From positions 11,395-75,394 of the forward strand of contig JBBDJG010000028.1 in the NCBI GenBank assembly GCA_040880005.1: a DNA stretch of 64,000 nucleotides, in the 5' to 3' direction. Made by a program: the position numbers and the translations under genes. The stretch comes from Solirubrobacterales bacterium. Its GTDB lineage: Bacteria > Actinomycetota > Thermoleophilia > Solirubrobacterales > JBBDJG01. This document shows positions 35,679 to 45,664 of the stretch, in pieces. Every line of letters begins with the position of its first letter. Within the stretch, counting starts at the first letter, position 1. Below the pieces are notes generated by a model, which saw only the letters and a program-made list of their open reading frames with translations, ran no database searches and was not told where the DNA came from.

Positions 35679-37345
35679 TGACCGGCAAGCTTCGCGTTCT
35701 CCCCCTCGGGGGCCTCGGCGAGATCGGCAAGAACATGACCGTCGTCGAATACGAGGGCTCGCTCGTCGTGGTCGATACGGGACTGATGTTCCCGACCACC
35801 GAAATGCTGGGCATCGACCTCGTGCTGCCCGACTTCGAATATCTGCTGGAGCGCGCCGAGCAGATCGAGGCGATCGTGTTGACGCACGGGCACGAAGACC
35901 ACGTCGGGGCGCTGCCGTTCGTGATGCGCGAGCTGGGTAAGGACATCCGGCCTCCGATCTACGGAGGCCCGCTGACCGTCGCGATGGCTCGCTCGAAGAT
36001 CGAGGAGCACAAGCTCAAGGAGGTCGAGTTCGTCGAGGTCGAGCCCGGCGAGCGCTTCGACGCCGGGCCGTTCGAGATCGAGATGATCCACGTCGCGCAC
36101 TCGATCCCGGATGCCTGCGCGGTCGCTTTGAGCAGCGAGGTGGGCACGGTGATCATCACCGGCGACTACAAGTTCGACCAGACGCCCGTCGATGGGCCGC
36201 CGACCGATGCGTCGCGGCTGGCCGAGTTCGGACGCGAAGGGGTGTTGCTGCTGTGCGGCGACTCGACCAACGCCGATCGAACAGGCACGGCGCCGTCCGA
36301 GGCGACCGTCGGCCCGGTGCTGGAGGAGGTGTTCGCCGCCTGCGAGGGGCGCATCCTGATCACCTCGTTCGCGTCCAACATCCACCGCCTCCAGCAGGTG
36401 GTCGATGCCGCCGAGGCGCTCGACCGCCGCATCGCGGTGGTGGGGCGCTCGATGCGTCGCAACCTCAAGATCGCGCGCCAGCTCGATCACGCCGAGGTGC
36501 CGGAGGGCATGCTCGTCTCGCCCAAGGAGGCCGACAGCTTCCCGGAGGAGCGACTCGTGCTGCTGACCACCGGCAGCCAGGGCGAGCCGCTGTCGGCGCT
36601 GCGGCGCATGGCCCATGGCGAGCATCCGCACGTGAAGCTGCACTCCGGCGACACGGTGATCTTTTCGGCGACTCCGATTCCCGGCAACGAGCGCGCCGTC
36701 AACGAGACCGTCGATCGCCTGTACCAGATCGGTGCGACCGTGATCACGACCCAGGACGCACCGGTGCACGCGTCCGGCCACGGCTGGACCGAAGAGCTGA
36801 AGCTGATGCTGAACCTGACCAATCCCAAGTACGTGATGCCGGTTCACGGCGATCACAAGCGCCTGTACCTGCACGGCAAGCTCGCGGAGTCGGTCGGCAT
36901 CCCGCCCGAGAACGTCTTCCTGGGGCGTAATGGCCTGCCGCTGGAATTGGACGCCAACGGCGCCCGCTTTGGGTCCGAGGAGGATGCCGGCGTCATATAC
37001 GTGGACGGTGTCGAGATCGGCGACATCGAGGACGTGGCGCTGCGCGATCGCAGGGCGCTTTCGGCGGACGGGGTGTTCATCGTCGTGGCGACGGTTTCGG
37101 GTCGTGACGGAAAGGCGCTCGCTGCTCCCGAGGTGATCACGCGCGGCGTTCCATTCGTGGCTGAGGACGACGGCCTGGTCGAAGAGCTGCGTGACGTGGT
37201 TGAGCGATCGCTCTCACAGGCGGCTCGCGACGAGGTGCGCGAGGTGTCGCTGCTTCAGGAACACCTGCGCGAGGACGTGGCCGCGTTCGTATACGAGAAG
37301 ATCCGCCGCCGGCCGATGGTGCTGCCGGTCGTGGTCGAGGTCTAA
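35678..37345 (+). CDS. rnj: Ribonuclease J
   Basis: LGGLGEIGKNMTVVEY, the beta-lactamase motif THGHEDHVGALP and the beta-CASP and C-terminal domains are present. The position after dapA is conserved. Confidence 0.93.
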   Translation: MTGKLRVLPLGGLGEIGKNMTVVEYEGSLVVVDTGLMFPTTEMLGIDLVLPDFEYLLERAEQIEAIVLTHGHEDHVGALPFVMRELGKDIRPPIYGGPLTVAMARSKIEEHKLKEVEFVEVEPGERFDAGPFEIEMIHVAHSIPDACAVALSSEVGTVIITGDYKFDQTPVDGPPTDASRLAEFGREGVLLLCGDSTNADRTGTAPSEATVGPVLEEVFAACEGRILITSFASNIHRLQQVVDAAEALDRRIAVVGRSMRRNLKIARQLDHAEVPEGMLVSPKEADSFPEERLVLLTTGSQGEPLSALRRMAHGEHPHVKLHSGDTVIFSATPIPGNERAVNETVDRLYQIGATVITTQDAPVHASGHGWTEELKLMLNLTNPKYVMPVHGDHKRLYLHGKLAESVGIPPENVFLGRNGLPLELDANGARFGSEEDAGVIYVDGVEIGDIEDVALRDRRALSADGVFIVVATVSGRDGKALAAPEVITRGVPFVAEDDGLVEELRDVVERSLSQAARDEVREVSLLQEHLREDVAAFVYEKIRRRPMVLPVVVEV

Positions 37346-37348
37346 GGC

Positions 37349-38452
37349 TCAGCGCAGCGACTGGCGCAGCTCGAGCACGCGCCGGGCGGAGGCGCGCAGC
37401 TCGTCCTCGGACAGCCGCCCGCCTCGCGCAGCGGCCGTCAGTGACGCGAGCGCCCGCGCGCCGACGCGATAGTGCTGGGCGAACATCAGCAGGTCGCTGC
37501 CGGCGCGAGCGGCACGCAGCCCGAGCCGCGCGGCCGAGCCGTAGCGGCGCATAGCGGGAACCTCGAGGTCGTCGGTGATCGACACGCCGGTGAAGCCGAG
37601 CCGCGTTCGCAGCTCGTCGGTGCTCAGCGTGCGTGACAGAAGGGCGGGAGCGCGGTCGCACGCGGGATACACAGCGGTGCTCGTCATCACCAGCTTTGCG
37701 CCGGCGTCGATCGCCTTCGCGAAGGGCGCCTCGTCGATCGCTCGCAGGCGGGAGCGCGACAGCGCAACGCGCTGCACGACCAGGTCCTCGTCGTTGCGCA
37801 CGACGCCGATGCCGGGAAAGTGCTTGAGCGTGGCGGCTACGTCGCCGCGCTGGAGCCCCAGCGCGAACGCGGAGCCGAGCGATCCGACCAGCTTTGGGTC
37901 CGATCCGTAGGAGCGCCCGGTGCGTCGCTGGAAGCTGCCCCGGCGGCCAACGTCGAGCACGGGCGCGAGGTTGACGTTGACGCCGACCGAGCGCAGGTTG
38001 CGTGCAGTGGCCGAGCCCTCGTGACGCGCGAGCGACGCGCGGCCGATGCTGCCGAGCTGGGCCGGCGAGTGCGAGGGGGCGCCGCCGAGCCTCTTCACCA
38101 GGCCGCCCTCCTGGTCGATCATCACTAGCAGCGGCAGTCGCAGCTCGCTTGATCGCGCGGCGCGCTGGAGCCGGGCCATCGCGGCGCGCAGTTGCGCGCG
38201 CGAGCCGATGTTGCGCGTGAACAGGATCACTCCGGCGGCCTCGCCGCGGCGCACGCGCGTCACGAGGGCGCTCGGCACCCGGGTGCCGGTGTAGGAATAC
38301 ACGATTCGCTGGCCGGCGAGTTGGCGCACGCTCAGGCTGGAGGCCGGGTCCGGCTGCGCACGTTCGTGATCGCGATCGAGCACTATCGGCCCGGCGGCGC
38401 CGACCGCGATGGCCAGGAGAACCGGAGCTGCAAGGAGCGCGTGCTGGTTCAT
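37349..38452 (-). CDS. Secreted glycoside hydrolase family 3 (NagZ-like beta-N-acetylhexosaminidase)
   Basis: It has a signal-like N-terminus plus IDQEGGLVKRL, NLAPVLDV and KHFPGIG. Confidence 0.8.
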   Translation of the reverse strand: MNQHALLAAPVLLAIAVGAAGPIVLDRDHERAQPDPASSLSVRQLAGQRIVYSYTGTRVPSALVTRVRRGEAAGVILFTRNIGSRAQLRAAMARLQRAARSSELRLPLLVMIDQEGGLVKRLGGAPSHSPAQLGSIGRASLARHEGSATARNLRSVGVNVNLAPVLDVGRRGSFQRRTGRSYGSDPKLVGSLGSAFALGLQRGDVAATLKHFPGIGVVRNDEDLVVQRVALSRSRLRAIDEAPFAKAIDAGAKLVMTSTAVYPACDRAPALLSRTLSTDELRTRLGFTGVSITDDLEVPAMRRYGSAARLGLRAARAGSDLLMFAQHYRVGARALASLTAAARGGRLSEDELRASARRVLELRQSLR

Positions 38453-38573
38453 CGAACTGCAGAGTAGGGAAGCGGCCTGCTGTGGTCGGTGGCCGTCCCC
38501 GGTACGGAAAGTGTCTGACCGTCGACCGGGATGTCGACGGAGTCCAATTTTCCAGCCGTCTCAAGGGCGTCCT

Positions 38574-38750
38574 TCAGCCTGGCCCGCGTGATCCCGCAGG
38601 CAGCGGAACGGTGGGGTTGAGCGCGGGCCGCGACCTGACCAGGGACAGTGGAGGTCGTCGCCTCGGTGGCGCCAACGACGGATCGACCACCAGCCGCTGT
38701 CCCGTGCCCTCAACGACGAGAGTGGCGTTGCGCAGCAGCGTGACTAGCAT
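38574..38750 (-). pseudogene. Possible N-terminal remnant (58 codons) of an MBL-fold hydrolase
   Basis: MLVTLLRNATLVVEGTGQRLVVDPSL...NPTVPLP resembles the N-terminus of a metallo-beta-lactamase-fold family (pattern ...TLLRNAT.L.E..G...LVDP.L...NP.VPLP). It ends in a premature stop before any HxHxDH motif. Confidence 0.35.
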
Positions 38751-38975
38751 CTCCTCAACCTATCCGAACCCATGCAGCCGCAGACCCGCGAAAGGGCAGG
38801 TGGTTGATCCAACTCTCGAATAGAGCGACTTCGATCGACCACCTGGTCATGGGCGCTCGAAGCCAGGCACAATCGCGTGACTTCCGTGCCTGTTCTGGTG
38901 TGGCGAGAGGTGGCAGGGGAGCCCGGCGCGGCGTCGAACACGTGACGGGGGCCCCTCCGCGGGGCCTTGATCGTC

Positions 38976-41465
38976 ATGGCCAAACGACGGAAGCGCCGCA
39001 AGACCTCGTCCCGCCGACGCTCGCGTGCGGGTCTCGCAGCACTGCGCCCACGCTTGCCGCGAGTGTCCGAGATGTCGCAGGCCCAGATCGACGCGCTGGG
39101 GCTCGGGCTCGTGGGCGCCGGGGTGTTCTTCGGCTTCGTCTTCTACGGCGGCTGGGACGGCGGCAAGGTGGGCGAGACGCTCGTGACCGCATTCACGTTC
39201 GTGCTTGGGGCGGTTGCCTACACCGTGCCCGTGCTGTTTGCGCTCGCGGGGCTCGCGATGATCGCGCGCCCGCTCGTCGATGCGGTGGCACGCCCGCTGG
39301 CGGGTGTGATCGTGCTGGTCTGCTCGCTGACGCTCGGCTTCGCGGTCTCCACTCTTGGGTTGGGCCCCGGGGAGGCCACGTCGGCGGACCTGTTCAATCC
39401 CGACTCGTCTATGGATCGCGGGGGCCTGATCGGCGCGGGGCTGTTTTGGATCACCGACACGCTGTTCTCGGACGCCGGTGCACACCTCGCGTTCCTGTTT
39501 GGCACGTTGGGCGGGTTGCTGCTGATCACCGGCGCATCGATCTCGGCGACCGCACGCTCGCTTCTCGCCGCCATCTCGCAAACCGCGCGCGTAGTGCGCG
39601 CCTGGATCGCGCAACTTGCGCACGCCTTCGCACACGAGCGGGTGCGTGCACGCCGCGACGCGCGCCAGCGGCGAAGGGTGGAGTACCGCGAACCGGAGGG
39701 CGAGCCGCGCGTGACCGCACTCGGCGGGGAGGCCGCGACCGCTGAGCAGCATTCCGTCGAGCCGGAAGCCTTTGCCGCCGAGGTCGACGCGCTCGAGCCT
39801 GATGAGCACACGCTGCCAGCGATCGCGGAGGCGGAAAACACCAAGGCCGCCAAGGTCGCCAAGGCCCTCGACAGCCACATCGAGCTGACGCCGATGGGCA
39901 ACAAGCGCAGCGAGGTGACCGAGTCCGACGAGATCGACTACGAGCTTCCCGACCCCGCTCTGCTACGCCACTCGGACAAGAGTCAGGGTCCGGATGCCTC
40001 CAACCAGCAGGAGGTTGCCGAGCTGCTGGTGACGACGCTCGGGCACTTTGGCATCGAGGCCGAGGTGATGGGGCGCGTCACGGGACCGCGAATCACACGG
40101 CACGAGCTGCGTCTGGCACCCGGCACCAAGGTGTCCAAGGTCACGCAGCTCAAGGACGACATCGCCTACGCGCTTGCATCGACCGACATTCGCATCCTGG
40201 CGCCGATTCCCGGCAAGCAGGCTGTCGGCGTCGAGGTGCCCAACAAGCGCCACAGGATGGTTTTCCTGGGCGACATCTTCAGACGCGAGATGGGCACCGC
40301 GTCGAAAAAGGGCAGTTCCGGCTCTCGCTTGGCCGCGAGAACCGGGAGCCCTTCGGGCGCCTCGCCGCTGGCCGCATGGCTCGGCAAGGACATCGCCGGA
40401 AACGCGGTTTGGACGGACATCGCACGGATGCCGCATGCGTTGGTTGCGGGCACCACCGGATCGGGCAAGTCGGGCTGCGTCAACACGATCCTGGGCTCGA
40501 TCCTGCTGCGCGCATCGCCGAACGAGGTGCGGATGGTGCTGGTGGACCCCAAGCGCGTTGAGCTGAACCACTACGAAGACATTCCGCATCTGCTGACGCC
40601 GGTCGTGACGGCGCCGCGCAAGGCGGCCAATGTGCTCAACAACCTGATAGCGGAGATGGAGAGCCGCTACGAGTTGATGGGGAGGTCGCGCGCTCGCAAC
40701 ATCGTCGAATGGAACCGTATCCGCCGCGCCGCCGGAGAGCCCTCGCTGCCGTACATCCTCTGTGTGATCGACGAGCTGGCCGACCTGATGATGGTGGCAC
40801 CATCCGAGGTCGAGGACGCGATCATCCGGATCGCCCAGAAGTCGCGCGCCGTCGGGATCCACCTCGTGCTGGCGACGCAGCGCCCGTCGGTCGACATCAT
40901 CACGGGAACGATCAAGGTGAACATCCCGGCGCGGATCGCGTTCGCGGTCTCGTCACAGCACGACTCGCGTGTGATACTCGACCAGGGCGGAGCCGAGGCC
41001 CTGCTCGGACAGGGCGACATGCTCTTCAGGCCGGTCGGCTCGTCGAAGCTGCAGCGCATCCAGGGCGCGTACATAACCGAAGAGGAGATCGCGCGCATCA
41101 CACAGCGCTGGCGCGACCAGGGCGAGCCCGAGTACGAGCAGGAGCTGCTCGAGGGTCGCAGCCCCGGCGATCCGTCGGAGGGCGACCTCGATCCCGACTC
41201 CGACGAGCTGCTCGAGCAGGCTGTGATACTGGTCGCGCAGACCCAAACTGCGTCGGTCTCGATGCTGCAGCGTCGCCTGCGCGTTGGCTATACGCGTGCC
41301 GGGCGGTTGATCGACATGCTCGAGCGACGCGGCGCGATATCGGGCTACGAAGGCTCCAAGCCTCGTCAGGTGCTGATCACCGAAGCGGATATCGAGCGCG
41401 TGCTGCGCATGGGAGACGACAGCCCCGACCCGGTGTCCACGGCAGCCGAAACCGACGAGGCCTGA
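38976..41465 (+). CDS. ftsK: DNA translocase FtsK/SpoIIIE
   Basis: It has N-terminal TM helices, a linker, a motor domain (AGTTGSGKSGCVNT Walker A, VIDELADLMM) and a C-terminal winged-helix gamma domain (SVSMLQRRLRVGYTRAGRLID). It carries ~18 extra aa at 40313-40350. Confidence 0.95.
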   Translation: MAKRRKRRKTSSRRRSRAGLAALRPRLPRVSEMSQAQIDALGLGLVGAGVFFGFVFYGGWDGGKVGETLVTAFTFVLGAVAYTVPVLFALAGLAMIARPLVDAVARPLAGVIVLVCSLTLGFAVSTLGLGPGEATSADLFNPDSSMDRGGLIGAGLFWITDTLFSDAGAHLAFLFGTLGGLLLITGASISATARSLLAAISQTARVVRAWIAQLAHAFAHERVRARRDARQRRRVEYREPEGEPRVTALGGEAATAEQHSVEPEAFAAEVDALEPDEHTLPAIAEAENTKAAKVAKALDSHIELTPMGNKRSEVTESDEIDYELPDPALLRHSDKSQGPDASNQQEVAELLVTTLGHFGIEAEVMGRVTGPRITRHELRLAPGTKVSKVTQLKDDIAYALASTDIRILAPIPGKQAVGVEVPNKRHRMVFLGDIFRREMGTASKKGSSGSRLAARTGSPSGASPLAAWLGKDIAGNAVWTDIARMPHALVAGTTGSGKSGCVNTILGSILLRASPNEVRMVLVDPKRVELNHYEDIPHLLTPVVTAPRKAANVLNNLIAEMESRYELMGRSRARNIVEWNRIRRAAGEPSLPYILCVIDELADLMMVAPSEVEDAIIRIAQKSRAVGIHLVLATQRPSVDIITGTIKVNIPARIAFAVSSQHDSRVILDQGGAEALLGQGDMLFRPVGSSKLQRIQGAYITEEEIARITQRWRDQGEPEYEQELLEGRSPGDPSEGDLDPDSDELLEQAVILVAQTQTASVSMLQRRLRVGYTRAGRLIDMLERRGAISGYEGSKPRQVLITEADIERVLRMGDDSPDPVSTAAETDEA
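40313..40350. repeat. Palindromic element copy F (GC-shifted), inside ftsK and in frame
   Basis: CAGTTCCGGCTCTCGC-TTGGCC-GCGAGAACCGGGAGCC has arms matching copy C at 9/11 and 10/11. It encodes GSSGSRLAARTGSP. Confidence 0.5.
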
Positions 41466-41521
41466 GCGCCAACCGCGCGGCCGAGTCCTCGCGCTCCCTA
41501 TACTGATTCGCGTCCTGCGGT

Positions 41522-42301
41522 ATGACCGCGGCAGCGTCCATGGCTGACATAGGCTCAACCCTGCGCGATACGCGCATACGCAAGAAGATCGATATTGGCG
41601 CGGTCGAGGAGGCCACCAAGATCCGGGCCAAATACCTGCGAGCTCTGGAGAACGAGGAGTGGCAGGTGTTGCCGGGTCCGACCTACGTCAAGAGCTTCGT
41701 GCGAACCTACGCCGAGTTCCTCGGCCTCGATCCATACATCCTGATCGAGGAGTACAACACGCGCTTCGAGGAGCCCGAGGAGCTGGAGCTGCCGGCGTTC
41801 GCGGGCGACGCGCCGCTGCGTCGCCAGGTCGTGCATGTGCCGAGGCCTTCGCGCCTGGTGGTGGCGATCGTCCTCGGCGTGGCGTTCGTGGGGCTGTTGC
41901 TGGTGCTGGGACTGACCAGCGGCGGTGACGACTCCAAGAACAAGTCGGCCGCAACAACGCCGGCCGACAAGACGCCCGTCGTTTCGCCCGCAAGGTCGAA
42001 GAGCCGCGCCAATGCAAACAGCGTGGAAGTCACAGTCGTCCCGAAGCGTGATGTCTGGGTTTGCCTGGTCGATGCGAGCGGGGACGTCAAAGTGGATGGG
42101 CGGGTGGTCTCCGCCAGAGACAACAAGGGCCCGTACCGCTCCAGGCGTTTCCGAGTCACGATCGGAAACGGCGGCGGAGATCTGCGCATCAACGGCAAGC
42201 TGTACAACATTCCGGAGACCGCAAGGCCGCTTGGCTACGCGGTATCGACGTCGGGCGTTAGACGCCTGCCGGCGGCGAAGTCACCGACCTGCGGCCAGTG
42301 A
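41522..42301 (+). CDS. RodZ-like HTH (XRE) domain membrane protein with a DUF4115-like C-terminus
   Basis: IGSTLRDTRIRKKIDIGAVEEATKIRAKYLRALENEEW forms the HTH domain. It is followed by a single TM segment and a C-terminal beta-rich domain (VWVCLVDASGDV...). Confidence 0.75.
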   Translation: MTAAASMADIGSTLRDTRIRKKIDIGAVEEATKIRAKYLRALENEEWQVLPGPTYVKSFVRTYAEFLGLDPYILIEEYNTRFEEPEELELPAFAGDAPLRRQVVHVPRPSRLVVAIVLGVAFVGLLLVLGLTSGGDDSKNKSAATTPADKTPVVSPARSKSRANANSVEVTVVPKRDVWVCLVDASGDVKVDGRVVSARDNKGPYRSRRFRVTIGNGGGDLRINGKLYNIPETARPLGYAVSTSGVRRLPAAKSPTCGQ

Positions 42302-42317
42302 GGATCGACGGAATCCG

Positions 42318-43601
42318 GTGAGCGTTCGCGCGGGCCTCGTGATCACCGGCACCGAGCTGCTGTCGGGCCAGGTGCGTGACCGCAATGGCCCGTGGCTGGC
42401 CGAGCAGCTGGCCGGAATGGGCGTCGAGCTTGCGCACGTCGTCACCTGTGGCGACCGCCCGGACGACCTCGCGGCTGCGCTGCGGTTCATGAGCGAGGCG
42501 GGAGTGGCGCTGGTTGTGACCAGCGGTGGGCTTGGGCCAACCGCAGACGATCTGACGGCCGAGGTGGTCGCGCGGTTTGCCGGGCGGGAGATGGAGCTGG
42601 ACGTCGATCTGGAGCGTCGCATTGGTGAGATCGTTGCGCGCTTCGCCCGGCGCTGGAGGATCGACAACGAGGCGCTGGCGGTCGCGAACCGAAAGCAGGC
42701 GATGGTTCCCCGAGGCGCTGTCGCGCTCGACCCGGTCGGCACGGCTCCGGGGCTGGTCGTGCCGGCGGACGAGCAGACCGTCGTGGTGCTGCCCGGGCCG
42801 CCGCGCGAGTTGCAGGAGAGCTGGGCGCAGGCGGTCGAAACCAAGCCGTTTCGCGCCGTGCTCGCGGGGGCCGTTGCCTACGAGACGCGCATGCTGCGGA
42901 TGTTCGGGCTTCCGGAGTCGGAGATCGCCGCGAGCCTGCGCGAGATCGGCGAGCAGATTGACCTCGAGTCACTGGAGATCACGACCTGCTTGCGCAGGGG
43001 CGAGCTGGAGGTGACGATACGCACCCCGCCGGGAGCTGCCGACGCGGCGGATCGTTTGGTCGCGCTGCTCGCCGGGCGTCACGGCGATGCCCTCTACTCG
43101 ACCGACGGCAGCAGAATCGAGGACCAGGTCGCCCGCCTGATGCGGGGCCGGCGGCTGGCCGTCGGCGAATCGTGCACGGGCGGCATGCTCGCCGCCCGTT
43201 TGACGGATCGACCGGGAGCTTCGGAGTTCTTCGCGGGCGGCGTGGTCGCCTACTCCGATCGCGCCAAGTCCGAGCTGTTGGGCGTACCGGCCGAGGTGAT
43301 CGACGCGCATGGGGCGGTGTCGGAGCAAGTGGCCGATGCGCTCGCCGACGGCGCCATCGAGCGGTTCGACGCGCAGGTCGGGATCGGCGTGACCGGCGTC
43401 GCGGGCCCCGGCGGCGGAACCGAGGACAAGCCCGTCGGTCGTGTGTGCTTCTGTGTCGTCGCACGCAACGGTACCGAGACCGAGCGCGTGACACGCGCAC
43501 TCGACATCCCCGGATCGCGCCCCGAGGTGCGCGATCGCTCCACGACCGTGGCGCTTCATCTATTGCGCCGGCTGCTCGTTGGCGAGGAAGTCCCGGCTTG
43601 A
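42318..43601 (+). CDS. cinA: CinA-family competence/damage-inducible protein (MoCF-binding + PncC nicotinamide-nucleotide amidase domains)
   Basis: AGLVITGTELLSGQVRDRNGPWLA...VVTSGGLGPTADDLT is the N-terminal domain, and ESCTGGMLAARLTDRPGASEFF is the C-terminal domain. The GTG start is in frame within track ORF 41925..43601. Confidence 0.9.
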   Translation: MSVRAGLVITGTELLSGQVRDRNGPWLAEQLAGMGVELAHVVTCGDRPDDLAAALRFMSEAGVALVVTSGGLGPTADDLTAEVVARFAGREMELDVDLERRIGEIVARFARRWRIDNEALAVANRKQAMVPRGAVALDPVGTAPGLVVPADEQTVVVLPGPPRELQESWAQAVETKPFRAVLAGAVAYETRMLRMFGLPESEIAASLREIGEQIDLESLEITTCLRRGELEVTIRTPPGAADAADRLVALLAGRHGDALYSTDGSRIEDQVARLMRGRRLAVGESCTGGMLAARLTDRPGASEFFAGGVVAYSDRAKSELLGVPAEVIDAHGAVSEQVADALADGAIERFDAQVGIGVTGVAGPGGGTEDKPVGRVCFCVVARNGTETERVTRALDIPGSRPEVRDRSTTVALHLLRRLLVGEEVPA

Positions 43602-43651
43602 GCAAAGACCAACGGCCGCAGCGGGCGGGCAAAAACCTGGGAAGGCCGCGC

Positions 43652-44203
43652 ATGCGGCTGTTCGTCGCGCTCGAGCTGCCCGAGTCGTACCTGCTTGCGC
43701 TGTCGGTCTGGCGTGCGTCGATCTACGGTGAGCTGCGCGAGTTTCGCCTGCCCGACCTGCAGAATATGCACGTCACGCTGGTGTTCCTCGGCTACCAGGC
43801 CGAGCGCGACGCCGAACGGATCGCCGAGCTTTGCTTCGACTCGCCGCCAGGCGTGTTCGAGCTACGGCCAACGGGCGTCGGCGGCCTGCCACAGGCTCGG
43901 CCGCGACTGCATGCGCTCGAGCTGGAGGATGCTGCCGGCGTTCTGGGCGCGTGGCAAAGCGAGATGTCGCAGCGGTTCGCCACAGCGAAGCTGTACAAGC
44001 CGGAAAAGCGCCCGTTTCGCCCGCACGTGACGCTCGCGCGGGCTCGACGGGGTCGCGAGTGTGAGGCGGCCGCAGCGCCGTTGCCGGCCCTGCCCGCTCG
44101 CTTGGGCAAGTCGTTTCGGGCCTCGAACGCCGTGCTCTTCAGGTCCACCTTGCTGCGCAGCGGTGCCGTGTACGAGCCGGTTGCGACGCTCGAGCTGAAA
44201 TAG
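43652..44203 (+). CDS. thpR: RNA 2',3'-cyclic phosphodiesterase / 2'-5' RNA ligase (2H family)
   Basis: It has the two HxT motifs, HVTLVFLG and HVTLAR. Confidence 0.8.
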   Translation: MRLFVALELPESYLLALSVWRASIYGELREFRLPDLQNMHVTLVFLGYQAERDAERIAELCFDSPPGVFELRPTGVGGLPQARPRLHALELEDAAGVLGAWQSEMSQRFATAKLYKPEKRPFRPHVTLARARRGRECEAAAAPLPALPARLGKSFRASNAVLFRSTLLRSGAVYEPVATLELK

Positions 44204-44264
44204 TCACTCGCGAGGCTTGTTCCATTACATGGCCCTGCGTAGCCTCGTTGGCTCCTGCGGGGGC

Positions 44265-44280
44265 CCGAACACCAGTTCGG
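44265..44280. promoter_or_regulatory. LexA SOS box upstream of recA
   Basis: CCGAACACCAGTTCGG is a perfect GAAC-N4-GTTC palindrome matching the Gram-positive/actinobacterial consensus TCGAAC-N4-GTTCGA. It lies about 60 nt upstream of the recA start. Confidence 0.65.
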
Positions 44281-44341
44281 TTTTCCATCCGGCGGTGCGC
44301 CTAAGGTGTCCTGCTTGCGAACTGAAACGAATGGAGAAGGC

Positions 44342-45526
44342 GTGGAAAAGGCAAAGAGCGCATCCAAGGCACCGAAAGAAGGAACGAAGAGGGCCGTGAA
44401 AGAGGTCGCCAGCGAGGGGAAGCGCGATTCTGGCAAGGACGGCGCGCTCAAGGCAGCACTCACGCAGATAGAGCGCGAGCACGGCCAGGGGTCGGTGATG
44501 AAGCTCGGCGACGATGCCTTCAAGGTCGCTGTCGCTGCGGTGCCAACCGGCGCGCTGTCGCTCGACCTCGCGCTCGGAGTCGGCGGCGTGCCGCGCGGTC
44601 GTATCGTGGAGATCTTCGGTCCCGAGGCCTCCGGCAAGACGACGCTGGTGTACGAGATCATTGCTCAAGCCCAGAAGCTCGGCGGCGTCTGCGCCTTCAT
44701 CGACGCCGAGCACGCGATCGACCCGATCTACGCGCGCCGCATCGGCGTCGACGTGGACGAGCTGCTGGTCTCGCAGCCCGACTACGGCGAGCAGGCGCTC
44801 GAGATCGCCGACGTGCTGATTCGCTCCGGCGCGATCGACGTCGTCGCGATCGATTCGGTCGCGGCGCTCACGCCGCGCGCCGAGCTGGAAGGCGCCATGG
44901 AAGACCAGACGGTCGGCCTGCAAGCGCGTCTGATGTCCAAGGCGCTGCGCAAGCTGGCCGGCAACCTCAACCGCGCCAACACGGTCTGCCTGTTCACGAA
45001 CCAGATCCGCGAGAAGATCGGGGTCATGTTCGGGTCGAACGAGACCCAGCCCGGTGGCCGGGCGCTCAAGTTCTACTCGTCGCAGCGCATCGACATGCGC
45101 CGTATCGAAACGCTGAAGGAAGGAACCGAAGCCGTTGGCAACCGGGTGCGGGTGAAGGTCGTCAAGAACAAGGTCGCTGCACCGTTCAGGCAGGCGGAGT
45201 TCGACATCGAGTACGGGCTCGGATTCTCCTCGGAAGGATGTCTGATCGACCTCGGCGTGGAGCACGACATCGTGCAGAAGTCCGGGGCGTTCTTCAGCTA
45301 CGACGGCGAGCGTCTGGGACAGGGCCGCAACAACGCCAAGGCGTTCTTGACTGAGCACAGCGACATTGCCCGCCAGATCGAGCAGAAGATCTACCAGGCG
45401 CTCGGGATCGAGCGAATCGCTGCGGGGCCCGCGGTGGACACCGCCGCTCCCAACGGCGCGGCACCCGAGTCGGCCGGGGCGCCCGAGCCGCCCGAGTCGG
45501 CCGGGGCGCAGCGCAAGGCCGCGTAG
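44342..45526 (+). CDS. recA: Recombinase RecA (GTG 44342 after GGAGAAGG preferred; the track start is 44306)
   Basis: [33 protein letters not shown] (Walker A) and FIDAEHA identify RecA. The C-terminal tail is extended and Pro/Ala-rich. Confidence 0.95.
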   Translation: MEKAKSASKAPKEGTKRAVKEVASEGKRDSGKDGALKAALTQIEREHGQGSVMKLGDDAFKVAVAAVPTGALSLDLALGVGGVPRGRIVEIFGPEASGKTTLVYEIIAQAQKLGGVCAFIDAEHAIDPIYARRIGVDVDELLVSQPDYGEQALEIADVLIRSGAIDVVAIDSVAALTPRAELEGAMEDQTVGLQARLMSKALRKLAGNLNRANTVCLFTNQIREKIGVMFGSNETQPGGRALKFYSSQRIDMRRIETLKEGTEAVGNRVRVKVVKNKVAAPFRQAEFDIEYGLGFSSEGCLIDLGVEHDIVQKSGAFFSYDGERLGQGRNNAKAFLTEHSDIARQIEQKIYQALGIERIAAGPAVDTAAPNGAAPESAGAPEPPESAGAQRKAA

Positions 45527-45664
45527 AGGGCAGAGAGCCGGATTCGCTCAGGACATAGTTGGGGCTGCCGAATGATCCTGTGATGGATCGGCGCCCGCGA
45601 CGTAGTACAGGTATGAACGAGACTGCCGCAGCGGCCCTGCCGGCGCTGGAAGCGCCGGAGTTGA

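Noticed and set aside
37137-38564. A 475-aa minus-strand ORF overlapping the GH3 gene and the end of rnj.
   Set aside because: It is out of frame with the GH3 hydrolase ORF (37349..38452), which has the conserved GH3 motifs. Its product is Arg/Pro-rich with no recognisable domain.
44281-44325. A possible seventh copy of the palindromic element upstream of recA (CAGTTCGGTTTTCCATCCGGCGGTGCGCCTAAGGTGTCCTGCTTGCG).
   Set aside because: It shares only short words (AGTTC, GGTTTTCC, CTAAGG, CTGC..GCG), has no convincing stem, and its 5' part is better explained as the right half of the LexA box.
45464-45509. Short direct repeats (the recA tail 19-mer x2, the pyrK 12-mer x3, PNPase tail repeats) as possible CRISPR or minisatellite arrays.
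   Set aside because: There are only 2-3 units with no or tiny spacers, all are inside coding frames, and no cas genes are present. There is no CRISPR array in this window.
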